The translations under genes were made by a program, and so were the position numbers. Under the pieces are notes generated by a model. It searched no databases, had not been told where the DNA came from, and saw only the letters and a list, made by a program, of their open reading frames with translations. Positions 8,359 to 17,726 of a DNA stretch of 64,000 nucleotides are shown piece by piece. Location: the NCBI GenBank assembly GCA_002372275.1, contig DFFP01000009.1:5833-69832 (forward strand), in the 5' to 3' direction. This stretch comes from Alphaproteobacteria bacterium UBA3773. Lineage in GTDB: Bacteria; Pseudomonadota; Alphaproteobacteria; RF32; CAG-239. Position 1 is the stretch's first letter, and the number at the start of each line of letters is the position of its first letter.

Positions 8359-10117
8359 AATTTGGATTGAAAAAATACGTCGATCGGAAAAAAAATATGC
8401 TGATTATTTTGATAAAATTAAAACGATACGTCGCTATTATAAAAATGAAAATTCAAGAAATAAACAAAATATTTTTTGGGCAACGATTGAAACCTTAAAA
8501 CCGTTCTTGTATTTTAAGGAACCGAAAGTATTTATCAAGCAAAAAGAAAAATCAGGGCCGCTTGCGCTTTCGGTCGCTTGTCGAATTTTAGAAAAAGCTT
8601 TGGCTTGGAATATGGAACAAATCGATTTTGACAGCGTGATGAAATATGTCAGAAACGACTTTTTGCTTTTTGGATTTGGGGCCGCTTTTGAAAGGTATGT
8701 GCCGACATTTAAGACGTGTCACGTCAATGAAAACGGACATGATGTTTCACTACAACTCTTAAAAGATGAAAAAATTGAAACGGTTTATATCCCTCCGGAA
8801 GATTTTTTGGCCGATACGGAAAAAGTCAATGTGTGGGAAGATTGCGGGTGGATTGCACGTAAAATCGTTATGAGTTTGTCTGAAATTCGCGCCCAATTCG
8901 GTGAAGAAATTTTTCAAAAAATTGTGCAAAAAAACGGTGCCGACAAAATGGACTCCATGACGGTTTATGAAATATGGGATAAGAAAAGTAAGCGTATTTT
9001 ATATTTGGCTTTGGAATTTGCGTTTGAATTTTTGAAAATCAAAGAAGATGCGTTCGGACTTGAAGGATTTTGGGCCTTTCCGAAACCGTTGTTTGGGACG
9101 CTCGCAAATGACGGGATTATTCCGACACCTGATTTTGACCAATTAAAGCCTCTGCTTGATGAACTCTCCGGTGTGACGGGACGTATGCAACTTTTGATGC
9201 AAGCCATGAAGGTCACAGGGGCATATGACAGCAGTTTTCCGGAACTTGCAAATATCTTAAATAAAGATGTGACATTGGTTGCATTGTCGGATTTTGAGCG
9301 TTTAAAAGAAAACGGCGGTATTAAAGGAGTTGTGGATTTCGCCCCGATTGAACAATATGTGTCGGCGTTAACTGTTTTGGCATCAAGACGCGAGGATATC
9401 ATGACACAAATTTATGATATGACCGGGGTCAGCGATATTATGAGAGGAATGTCGGATAAAACGGAAACGGCAACCGCAGTTGAGAAAAAAACGAACTTCG
9501 GGACACTTCGCAATCAGGACAGACAAAATGATATGGTGCGCTTGATGACAAACCTCTTTCAGATGAAAGCTGAAATGATTTGCAGTTGTTTTGATGCAGA
9601 GCACTTGAAAATGTTTGCAGATTCTGAAACGCCTGATGATGTTGTTCAAACAGCTATTCTAATCTTAAAAGAACAAAAATTACGCGGAATGATTTTGGGA
9701 GTGGAAACAGATACGGCATTTGCGCAAAGTCATATCTTAGAGCAAACGCAAAAAAGTATTTTAGCTGTGCATGGCTTGATTAAAGAGGCATTTGAAATGG
9801 TTTCGATTCAACCTTCGCTGTTGGGGCTGTATCGACAGATGATTTCGACACTTGTTTCGACGATGCCTTGCGCCAGACAATATGAGCCCGTGATGGAGAA
9901 AGTATTTGAACAAATTGATGAAGCTCTTCGTTTGCCGAGTCCGCCTACGCAAGATATTTTGGCCTTGCAGCTCAATCAGCAAAAACAAAAAATGTGGCTC
10001 GACTATGATATTAAAACTAAAGAACTCGCTTTGAAAAAAGAAGAGGTTGAAATCAAAAAAACGGAAGCACTTCATAAGGTTTGTGCCAAAGAACATACCT
10101 TAAAAACAAAGAAGTGA
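8345..10117 (+). CDS. Putative portal (head-tail connector) protein
   Basis: Size (about 590 aa), a position in the head module, and a coiled-coil-like C-terminal tail. This is an architectural assignment only. Start placed at the ATG at 8345. Confidence 0.45.
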   Translation: MTEVEIWIEKIRRSEKKYADYFDKIKTIRRYYKNENSRNKQNIFWATIETLKPFLYFKEPKVFIKQKEKSGPLALSVACRILEKALAWNMEQIDFDSVMKYVRNDFLLFGFGAAFERYVPTFKTCHVNENGHDVSLQLLKDEKIETVYIPPEDFLADTEKVNVWEDCGWIARKIVMSLSEIRAQFGEEIFQKIVQKNGADKMDSMTVYEIWDKKSKRILYLALEFAFEFLKIKEDAFGLEGFWAFPKPLFGTLANDGIIPTPDFDQLKPLLDELSGVTGRMQLLMQAMKVTGAYDSSFPELANILNKDVTLVALSDFERLKENGGIKGVVDFAPIEQYVSALTVLASRREDIMTQIYDMTGVSDIMRGMSDKTETATAVEKKTNFGTLRNQDRQNDMVRLMTNLFQMKAEMICSCFDAEHLKMFADSETPDDVVQTAILILKEQKLRGMILGVETDTAFAQSHILEQTQKSILAVHGLIKEAFEMVSIQPSLLGLYRQMISTLVSTMPCARQYEPVMEKVFEQIDEALRLPSPPTQDILALQLNQQKQKMWLDYDIKTKELALKKEEVEIKKTEALHKVCAKEHTLKTKK

Positions 10118-10140
10118 TGTATGTTTGCAAAGGAATAAAA

Positions 10141-11700
10141 ATGATTAAAAAAAATGTCAACAGGTCTGTGAAATCTTTAGACTTTATTTTGCCGGCGCCT
10201 GTTGGAGGACTCAATAAAAAAGATCCGCTCTCGGATATGCCCCAAAATGATGCCGTGGTGATGGAAAACTATATTCCGATGAACAGTGTGGTCCAATTAA
10301 GGCCCGGATATGAAAAATATGTGTCGCTCGGAGATTTTGTAAATGGCAAAAAAGTGGAAACTCTTTGTTCGTGTCATATGGAAAATAAAAGTAAGATGAT
10401 AGCTGTTTATGACGGATATGCTTATGATGTATCAACAGCCTCAGCGCGCCGATTTGAAAATGTTCAATTTAGCCGTAGCTTATGTCAAACGGTTTGTTAT
10501 CGGGGGCATCTTTATTTTATGAATGGTGCGGATACGCCAAAAGTTTATTATATTGATGACCAGCAAGCAGAACATTTTGAGGATTGGGGATTTGTGGGAG
10601 AGGGGCTTCCTTCGCACAATATTGTTAGTGCCGGCGTCAGTCATGAATTTTTGTGGTTTATTGAACAAAATTCAACGCACGCTTGGGTTTCGGAAGTTGC
10701 CGGAAATATCGCAGGGACACTCAAACTGTTTGATGTTGCGCAAATCTTAAAATGGGGCGGACATTTGATGGCAGTTTTTAACTGGACAATCGACGGCGGG
10801 GAAGGTTTGGATGATTATACCTGTTTAATCAGTAGCGAAGGTGAACTGCTTATCTATCAGGGATATAACCCAAATGATGCAAATCATTTTACATTGATGG
10901 GGTCTTATAAATTTTCAAAGCCGATCGGATATCAATGTGTTCTTCCTTTGAAGGGTGATGTCATTATCATTTCAGAAGACGGTTATTTGCCGCTTTCGCA
11001 AGTCTTAAGCGCCAATAATACGCCCGGAACATTGGCCGCGTTTTCGGATAAAATAAATAATCTTGTGATGGAACGTGCGGCGCTTTATAAAAAAAATGAC
11101 GGGTGGCAAGGAATCATCTACCCAAAAAAAGGGTATGGCATATTTAATGTGCCCGTCAGTAACACATTTGAGCAACATGTAGTTAATCTGCAAACAGGGG
11201 CATGGTGCGTTTTTAAGAATATTCGCTCATTTTGTTGGTGTCTTTATGATGAAAATTTGTTTTTCGGAACGGACTGCGGTATTTGTCGCTTTGATAAGGG
11301 GTATTCGGATAACGGTTTGGCAATTGAAGGACGCATTGAGCAAGCTTATACGAATTTGGGCACAAATGCTTTAAAAAAAATCACACTGATCAAACCACGA
11401 GTGAAGGCAACAGGTAATTTTTTATTGGTCATCGGGACGGATATGGATTTTGAAGACAGAAAAATTTCCGATTCCGTTCAAATGGAATTTGAAAATAAAA
11501 AATTTGCAGTTTGGAATCAGGCGGTTTGGAATGCGGATTTTTGGCAGTCGTCAGGTAAGGGAAAAATACAGGGAAAATGGATTGCAAATTCGGCAACCGG
11601 ATTTAAGGCAAGTGTTGTGTTTGAAACAAAAACAAATGCCAATGATATTCAATGGTATGAAACAGCTCTTCGGATGGAAACGGGAACGGGAATTTTGTAG
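10141..11700 (+). CDS. Phage structural protein, function unknown (about 520 aa)
   Basis: Large ORF between the portal-like gene and the GroES-like gene. No recognisable motif. It could be a tail-tube or nozzle-type protein. Confidence 0.4.
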   Translation: MIKKNVNRSVKSLDFILPAPVGGLNKKDPLSDMPQNDAVVMENYIPMNSVVQLRPGYEKYVSLGDFVNGKKVETLCSCHMENKSKMIAVYDGYAYDVSTASARRFENVQFSRSLCQTVCYRGHLYFMNGADTPKVYYIDDQQAEHFEDWGFVGEGLPSHNIVSAGVSHEFLWFIEQNSTHAWVSEVAGNIAGTLKLFDVAQILKWGGHLMAVFNWTIDGGEGLDDYTCLISSEGELLIYQGYNPNDANHFTLMGSYKFSKPIGYQCVLPLKGDVIIISEDGYLPLSQVLSANNTPGTLAAFSDKINNLVMERAALYKKNDGWQGIIYPKKGYGIFNVPVSNTFEQHVVNLQTGAWCVFKNIRSFCWCLYDENLFFGTDCGICRFDKGYSDNGLAIEGRIEQAYTNLGTNALKKITLIKPRVKATGNFLLVIGTDMDFEDRKISDSVQMEFENKKFAVWNQAVWNADFWQSSGKGKIQGKWIANSATGFKASVVFETKTNANDIQWYETALRMETGTGIL

Positions 11701-11708
11701 GAGGAACG

Positions 11709-11951
11709 ATGAAAGCAATAACAGACAGAGTGTTAATTATGCTTGATGAACAAAATGATGGAAATCTTTTAATTCCTGAAACGATTGAGCGGCCTCAAAC
11801 AACAGGAATTGTGATTTCGGTCGGAAATAAAGTGAAAGATATTCAAAAAGGTGATCATGTCGTTTTTCACGCTTTTGATGAAGTACCTTGTTTGGAAAAT
11901 AGAGTGGTTGCCGTGAGGGATAAATCTATTTTGGCCATATTGGAAGAATGA
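11709..11951 (+). CDS. Phage-encoded GroES-like co-chaperonin (Cpn10 family)
   Basis: The 80-aa protein aligns along its whole length with GroES. ITDRVLIMLDE matches LHDRVIVKRKE, TTGIVISVGNK matches the region around EVLAVGNG, and IQKGDHVVFHAF...ILAILEE matches VKVGDIVIFNDG...DILAIVE. Confidence 0.7.
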   Translation: MKAITDRVLIMLDEQNDGNLLIPETIERPQTTGIVISVGNKVKDIQKGDHVVFHAFDEVPCLENRVVAVRDKSILAILEE

Positions 11952-12184
11952 TGGAAAAAACATTGAAAGAAATATTGGAAAAAATGATGAGGAAAAAAAC
12001 AGTTCGAGAAAGAATTTGTGCTATGCTCATCGGAGAGGCTCAAAACGGGAATTTTAAGGCCTTGGACGCTATTAGAGATATTATAGGCGATAAAGATAAA
12101 TCGCATCGCGATGAGCCTGAGCCGGTGACAAATATCAAAATCGAGGTGATCGATGGGACGCATTATCAAAATCAAGATTGCTAA
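11948..12184 (+). CDS. Small phage protein, possibly the small terminase subunit
   Basis: 78-aa ORF immediately upstream of and overlapping TerL. The assignment rests on position only. Confidence 0.3.
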   Translation: MMEKTLKEILEKMMRKKTVRERICAMLIGEAQNGNFKALDAIRDIIGDKDKSHRDEPEPVTNIKIEVIDGTHYQNQDC

Positions 12185-13472
12185 GCCTTTTTTGCCGCTG
12201 ATCAGCACAAACAAAAGAATTAAATTGTATTGGGGCGGGCGCGGCGGCGGAAAGAGCTATGCATTTGCCGATGCACTTTTGCTTAAAGGGTTGGAGAAAA
12301 AACTTTTAATTGCATGCGTGCGTGAAATTCAAGACACAATTAAAGATTCCGTTCATCGCTTACTTTCAGACCGAATTGAATTTTATGACTTAAAAGAATA
12401 TGAAGTCAAAGAAAGCGAAATTGTAAATACCTTAAACGGGACACGCTTTATTTTTAAGGGTCTGCGCAATCAGGATGCACATAAAATTAAATCGCTTGAA
12501 GGCGTGGATATTGTTTGGATTGAGGAAGCCCAGACCATTACAAAAAAATCGTGGGAGATTTTGTCGCCGACCATTCGAAAAGACGGGTCGGAAATTTGGA
12601 TTTCGATGAACAGAGAAGAAGAAAATGATCCGCTTTGGGTGCTTTTAGGCAGCCATCAAGATGAGCGTACGCTCATTGAAAAAGTCAACTTTTATGATAA
12701 CCCTTTTTGTCCTGAAGAACTGAAACTGCAAGCCAAAGAATGTCTGGCTCATGATGAAAGCACCTATCGGCATATTTGGCTCGGAGAGCCGCTTTCTCAA
12801 GGGGCACACAAGTTGATTGATGCCGGACTTGTGAAACATGCAATGCAACCGAAAATTTCGGAAAGTACCTCGCCACTTATCATCGGGCTTGATGTGGCGC
12901 GTTTCGGAGATGACCAAACTGTTTTTTGCTTGCGCAAAGGGCGAAAATGTTTGTCTTTTTTATCTTTTGAAAAAAAAGATAATGTCGAAGTGGCAAATAT
13001 TGCGACAAATTTGATTGAAACAAAACGTCCCTTACGTATTTTTTTGGATGCAGGCGGTGTGGGCGGCGGTGTGTTTGATATCTTAAAAGACAGAGGTTTT
13101 AAGGATATCATAAGAGGTGTTAATTTCGGCTCTAAAGCGATTAATGAAGAGCGTTATGCCAACAGAAGAGCCGAAATGTGGGATCATCTGCGGCAATGGC
13201 TGACAGAAGAAGTCGAGTTGCCAAATAATGGTATGCTCTATGATGAATTGTGTACCGTGCGCAAAAAATATGATGCGCTTGGAAGACTCTTACTCGAAGA
13301 AAAAGAAGAAATAAAAAAAAGAATAGGGCGTTCGACCGATTGGGCAGATGCCCTCGCGTTGACTTTTGCAGAGCCTGTTTATGATAAAGGACACACCAGA
13401 TTTTATGGTAACGGGCAGGTTTGTTTGGAAGAAATGTTTCAGGCTTCAAATCAGCGTATGCCGGTGTGGTGA
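12153..13472 (+). CDS. Terminase large subunit
   Basis: Walker A YWGGRGGGKSYAFA, Walker B DIVWIEEAQ, and a C-terminal nuclease-like domain. Length 439 aa. Confidence 0.85.
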   Translation: MGRIIKIKIAKPFLPLISTNKRIKLYWGGRGGGKSYAFADALLLKGLEKKLLIACVREIQDTIKDSVHRLLSDRIEFYDLKEYEVKESEIVNTLNGTRFIFKGLRNQDAHKIKSLEGVDIVWIEEAQTITKKSWEILSPTIRKDGSEIWISMNREEENDPLWVLLGSHQDERTLIEKVNFYDNPFCPEELKLQAKECLAHDESTYRHIWLGEPLSQGAHKLIDAGLVKHAMQPKISESTSPLIIGLDVARFGDDQTVFCLRKGRKCLSFLSFEKKDNVEVANIATNLIETKRPLRIFLDAGGVGGGVFDILKDRGFKDIIRGVNFGSKAINEERYANRRAEMWDHLRQWLTEEVELPNNGMLYDELCTVRKKYDALGRLLLEEKEEIKKRIGRSTDWADALALTFAEPVYDKGHTRFYGNGQVCLEEMFQASNQRMPVW

Positions 13473-13486
13473 TAAGGAATAATCAA

Positions 13487-13696
13487 ATGTTTGAAGAGAT
13501 TTTGTTGCCGGGTGGGGCTGTGGCCTCGTCGGCACAAGAGCTGGATGCTTACCTTAAAGAAAATCAGGTGGCACTTTCAGCAGATTACAGCTTAGCATAT
13601 TTGAAAAATGTGCGGCAGAAAATTAAAGCCGATCAAAGAAGAGAGGCTTTTGAAGATTTCGTTAACGAATATAAAAAAAGGATTTGGAATGAGTGA
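13487..13696 (+). CDS. Small phage protein, hypothetical
   Basis: ORF between TerL and the scaffold gene. Confidence 0.35.
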   Translation: MFEEILLPGGAVASSAQELDAYLKENQVALSADYSLAYLKNVRQKIKADQRREAFEDFVNEYKKRIWNE

Positions 13697-14552
13697 TAAT
13701 CTCAGGGAAGAATTAAAAGAAAATTTTGCTTCGGCTGATTTGCAAAGCAAAGAAAATGTGGCAGATAATACAGAGGAAGGAATTTCGCAAGATCAAAGTC
13801 TGGCGGAAAATTCGATTCCCGCGCCTCAAAGTTATCCGAAAGAATTTCAGGAACTTTTTAAGACGCTTTCGCCAAAATGGCAGGGATATTTGCTTGAGCG
13901 CGAAAAACAAGTCGAAAAAGGTTTTTCTGAACTTGGAAATAAAGTAAGCAGCTATAAATGGTCAGACCAAATTTTTGAAGACAGAAAGGAAAGATTAAAG
14001 GCACTCGGATATAACGGCGCAAAAGATTATATCCAAAAATTGATTTCAATTGATGATGCCTTGTATCAAAATCCGGCAGAAACTTTGAAAAAAATAAATG
14101 ACATTTACAGCTCACAAACAGTCAATAACAATGTTTCTATGACAGATGAGCAAAGAAAAATTTGGGAAAATATTGCGCTTGCTTCAAAAATGTTTGAACA
14201 AAAACAAAATGAGGCCGCAATGTTTGATTTGAAGCGATTTCAAGATGCTGTGACAGAGGACGGAAAATTAAAACATCCTTTTTATAAAGAGCTTGGCTCT
14301 GAAATGATCGGTGTTTTGAAAAGCGGGGCAGCCGGCAATTTGGAAGAAGCTTATCAAAAAGCTTTGTGGCTCAATCCTGCTACGCGTGAAAAAATGATTG
14401 AAGAGAAAATAGGAAATGTTTTGGAAGAAAAATTTTTGGCTGCTCAAAAAGCAACCGAAGCCTCTTTTTCGCCTTCATCAAAAACAGAACAAAAAGTTCA
14501 AGAACTTTCTTTGCGCGAAGAATTGGAAGCAGCTTTTAGAAAGGAAATTTAA
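13689..14552 (+). CDS. Putative scaffolding protein
   Basis: Acidic, Gln/Glu/Lys-rich, predicted helical protein located immediately upstream of the capsid gene. Confidence 0.5.
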   Translation: MSDNLREELKENFASADLQSKENVADNTEEGISQDQSLAENSIPAPQSYPKEFQELFKTLSPKWQGYLLEREKQVEKGFSELGNKVSSYKWSDQIFEDRKERLKALGYNGAKDYIQKLISIDDALYQNPAETLKKINDIYSSQTVNNNVSMTDEQRKIWENIALASKMFEQKQNEAAMFDLKRFQDAVTEDGKLKHPFYKELGSEMIGVLKSGAAGNLEEAYQKALWLNPATREKMIEEKIGNVLEEKFLAAQKATEASFSPSSKTEQKVQELSLREELEAAFRKEI

Positions 14553-14555
14553 TTT

Positions 14556-15539
14556 ATGACAGTCAATACAAATTATGATGCGATTTTTACAACAACAATT
14601 GAAAATCGCTCAAAAAAACTGGCCGATAATGTAACAAAAAATAATGCCTTGTTGCAAAGATTATCGGCAAAAGATAAAATCAGAACCGTAGACGGCGGCT
14701 CGAAAATTTTGGAAGAATTGGAGTATGGCAACGGTGATCTTGTATGGTATTCGGGATTTGATACAATTTCGTACAGCGGTCCGGAGCTCTTCTCGGCAGC
14801 CGAATATGCTTTGAAACTTTGTGCTGTTCCGGTAGCCGTTTCGGGTGAAGAAATGCTTAAAAACGCCGGCACTGAACGGATGATCGATTTGTTTGAAAAA
14901 CGTATTCAAAATGCCGAAAAAACAATGGCAAATAAAATTTCGGAAGCTCTTTATTCTGACGGCACAGGCAGCTCCGGTAAGGAAATCGGCGGTTTAAAAC
15001 TTTTGGTGGCGGATTCTCCTTCAACAGGAACAGTCGGTGGGATTAACCGTGCAACCACCGGAAACGAATTTTGGCGCAATCAATCAAGCGTTATTTCTTC
15101 TGCTGCCGGCGCACTTTCATCATCAACCATCTTAAAAAAAATGAATGATGTGTATTTGGCTTGTTCAAGAGGAACAGATAAGCCCGATTTGATTGTGACG
15201 GACGATTATTTATATGATATGTTTGAAAGTGCTTTGCAACCATCACAACGCTTTTGTGACCCGAAACTTGCCGACGCCGGATTTCAATGCTTGAAATATA
15301 AAGGCGCTGATGTGATTTTTGACGGTGGACAGGGCGGAAGTTGTCCTTCAAAGCATATGTATTTCTTAAATACGAATTATCTCTATTTAAGACCGCACAA
15401 AGATCGTAACTTTAAGGTTATCGGTGGCGAAAGACTTTCGATTAACTCTGATGCCATTTACAAAATCATCGGCTGGGCAGGAAATTTAACTATGTCTAAT
15501 GCTGCGCTTCAAGGTGTTCTCGTCGATTACATCGCTTAA
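14556..15539 (+). CDS. Major capsid protein
   Basis: 327 aa. Position after the scaffold gene, with a composition typical of HK97-fold coat proteins. Followed by a strongly structured repeat. Confidence 0.65.
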   Translation: MTVNTNYDAIFTTTIENRSKKLADNVTKNNALLQRLSAKDKIRTVDGGSKILEELEYGNGDLVWYSGFDTISYSGPELFSAAEYALKLCAVPVAVSGEEMLKNAGTERMIDLFEKRIQNAEKTMANKISEALYSDGTGSSGKEIGGLKLLVADSPSTGTVGGINRATTGNEFWRNQSSVISSAAGALSSSTILKKMNDVYLACSRGTDKPDLIVTDDYLYDMFESALQPSQRFCDPKLADAGFQCLKYKGADVIFDGGQGGSCPSKHMYFLNTNYLYLRPHKDRNFKVIGGERLSINSDAIYKIIGWAGNLTMSNAALQGVLVDYIA

Positions 15540-15540
15540 A

Positions 15541-15842
15541 AAACGCGTCTAGCTGGTATCTAATACAAAAAAGTCTGTTTGCGTTCGGTCGTGTACGAAT
15601 AAGTACACTCGTCTCACTCAAGCAGACTTTTCTTATTATATACGCACGCCATCCGTGTTTTTTTGCATTTATAGTGGAAGTTCTATTCTGCGCACCCTTA
15701 AAAAATGTTCGCTCTTTTGGTGAAAACGCGTCTAGCCGGTATCTAATACAAAAAAGTCTGTTTGCGTTCGGTTGTGTACGAATAAGTACACTCGTCTCAC
15801 TCAAGCAGACTTTTCTTATTATATACGCACGCCATCCGTGTT
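15541..15842. repeat. Two near-identical 119-bp tandem direct repeats (period 183 bp), each forming a long nested hairpin
   Basis: 15541..15659 and 15724..15842 differ at about 2 positions. Each copy has a 13-bp stem aaaagtctgtttg/caagcagactttt enclosing a gtgtac...gtacac hairpin. Confidence 0.9.
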
Positions 15843-15873
15843 ATGACGCTTTTTAGAAAAGGAGTATTCATCA

Positions 15874-16896
15874 ATGGCAAGAATGGATGAACAAACATAT
15901 AAAATCATACGTGGTATGAAAACAATTCAAAGACAGCACCCTCAAAAAGGGGAGAGTAAGTGGTATTATTTGGATCCGCGGGGTGCAACAAGAATAGCCG
16001 ATATGGGGGTGATAGACGTTGAAAGTGAGTATGCGCCTAACCCTTATGCAAGAGAAATTTTAATAGATGATATGAAACGCCATGAAGAAGATTATTATAT
16101 TTGGCGGACAAAAGGTGATGAAAAAGTAAGGGCCAGTCATGAAGAGCGTGAAGGAAAAGTTTATAATAGAAATTTGCCGCCTGATGGGGGTAATCCGGGA
16201 GAAGAACATAACTGCAGGTGTTGGGAAGAGGAATTTAAGTTTGAGAAGATGAAAAATGTTGATATGATTGATCTATTGGAAGAAATTGGTGCAGAATTAT
16301 CAGATGATGAGTTATATGACCGAATGTGGGAGAATATTAAAAGATTTGAAGATATTAAAACGTATCCATACCTTGACACAAAAGGATTAATTACAATTGG
16401 TGCCGGTGCAAATGTAAACAATTTGGATGTTTTTTTGAGTTTAAATTTGACAGTCAACGGATTTTCGGCAACAAGAGAACAAAAGTTAGAAGCATATAAA
16501 CAGTTGAAATGGTTGAGTGAACAAAAAGATGAGAAAGGAATGTATCTATATTATAATAGAAGAGCAAAATTTTTTGAAAAAGAAACAAATGTCCGTTTAC
16601 CTGATGTAGAAATACGGCAATTAGCACAAAGGCATATGACAAGTGATTTAAAACATTTGCGGCAAGAATTTGAAAGTTTTGACGAATTTCCTTTACCGTT
16701 AAAAGAAATATTACTGGATATTCAATATAATGTCGCAGGTGGATTGAGTGAAAAAAAATGGCCGAAGTTATACAGAGCTATACGTCAAAAAGATATGTTA
16801 GGCAAAGAAGGAATTGCAGAAAATGTGAATAGGCCGGATGTCGGAAAAAGTCGTAATGATTGGGCAAAAGGAATGGCGCGTTCAATCAGATTCTAA
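15874..16896 (+). CDS. MuF-motif minor head protein fused to a GH24 phage-lysozyme domain
   Basis: N-terminal region carries DEKVRASHEEREGKVY...PGEEHNCRCW, the C-terminal signature of the Phage_Mu_F/gp7 domain. The C-terminal region carries FEDIKTYPYLDTKGLITIGAGA, matching the T4-lysozyme E...D...TIGxG motif. Confidence 0.6.
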   Translation: MARMDEQTYKIIRGMKTIQRQHPQKGESKWYYLDPRGATRIADMGVIDVESEYAPNPYAREILIDDMKRHEEDYYIWRTKGDEKVRASHEEREGKVYNRNLPPDGGNPGEEHNCRCWEEEFKFEKMKNVDMIDLLEEIGAELSDDELYDRMWENIKRFEDIKTYPYLDTKGLITIGAGANVNNLDVFLSLNLTVNGFSATREQKLEAYKQLKWLSEQKDEKGMYLYYNRRAKFFEKETNVRLPDVEIRQLAQRHMTSDLKHLRQEFESFDEFPLPLKEILLDIQYNVAGGLSEKKWPKLYRAIRQKDMLGKEGIAENVNRPDVGKSRNDWAKGMARSIRF

Positions 16897-17319
16897 TTTA
16901 TCGGGAGGTGTGACGCAATATATATCATTTGCAAACTCCTGTTCTTGTGTGTAGTCTTCCCATATATCAAAGTCATTTTCTGCTATTCTTAAACAATCTT
17001 GCGTAATCCGTTCTGTTATTTTAAAAACAAAATATTGTTTAGGACCTTTTTTATCGGGATTATGCCAATACAAATCACATAAAAGAGTGATACGATTTTG
17101 GGTGTTTTCAATAAGTTGACAGTCTCCGGTCATAGCTACCAGATTGTCATCTAAAGGAGTTCGGCTATCAATAGATGTGGGGGTAATGTATGTTAAAGTA
17201 GAGCTTCTGCCTAAAGGCTTCAGAGGCTGATTAAAAATAGGATTAACAAACTGCTCCTTAGCGTTTGCGGTCAAAATAAAAAGAAAAACAAAAATGAAAA
17301 GAAAGAACATTTTTTTCAT
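16882..17319 (-). CDS. Secreted moron protein (signal peptide, Cys-containing), paralog A
   Basis: MKKMFFLFIFVFLFILTANA signal peptide. Shares the C.LIEN...LLC motif and a conserved upstream sequence with 17720..18139. Confidence 0.6.
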   Translation of the reverse strand: MKKMFFLFIFVFLFILTANAKEQFVNPIFNQPLKPLGRSSTLTYITPTSIDSRTPLDDNLVAMTGDCQLIENTQNRITLLCDLYWHNPDKKGPKQYFVFKITERITQDCLRIAENDFDIWEDYTQEQEFANDIYCVTPPDKLESD

Positions 17320-17354
17320 TCATTATACCTCGCTTTAAAGATTCTATATAGGGT

Positions 17355-17726
17355 TTGTTAAAATATGATAAAGGAAATTATGTAAATCATAATAAACGAG
17401 CGACAGCTTTTATTAATGATAGCCCTTTGCGAATTTCAAAAGAGTATATGATTGAACGGATGATGAATCATTTAAGAGAAGATTTAAAACGGGCAAAATC
17501 TAAAAGGAAAGATTTTGATACATACCCAACTCCATTAAAACTTATTATATTAGATTTTTATTATAATAAAGGTAGTTTTTATAATCAACCAGGATTACCT
17601 CAAGCATTAGATGAACGAAATGCGATATTATTTCAAGAAAAAATGGTAAGACATATGAGAGATAGAGATGAATGGACGCAACGACAATTTAACCGTATAA
17701 ATCAAAATTTTTGGAAAATTTATTGA
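17355..17726 (+). pseudogene. Lysozyme C-terminal fragment, a remnant of a module duplication
   Basis: The ORF uses a TTG start inside the repeated promoter sequence. Its product aligns only with the C-terminal half of the lysozyme domain of 15874..16896 (PLKxIxLDxxYN) and lacks the catalytic N-terminus. Confidence 0.5.

Noticed and set aside
15496-15804. A 102-aa minus-strand ORF spanning the tandem repeats
   Set aside because: The protein sequence is itself internally repeated (SETSVLIRT..PNANRLFCIRY twice) because it reads across the DNA repeat. It is an artefact and not a gene.
15541-15842. A possible CRISPR array, given identical repeats with a unique spacer between them
   Set aside because: There are only two copies. 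The repeat unit is 119 bp, far longer than the 24 to 48 bp of CRISPR repeats. No cas genes are present. The unit is a long hairpin typical of a terminator or structured RNA.
17355-17726. An intact second endolysin gene
   Set aside because: The ORF aligns only with the C-terminal half of the lysozyme domain. It relies on a TTG start inside a repeated promoter element and lacks the catalytic Glu/Asp region. It is better explained as a duplication remnant.
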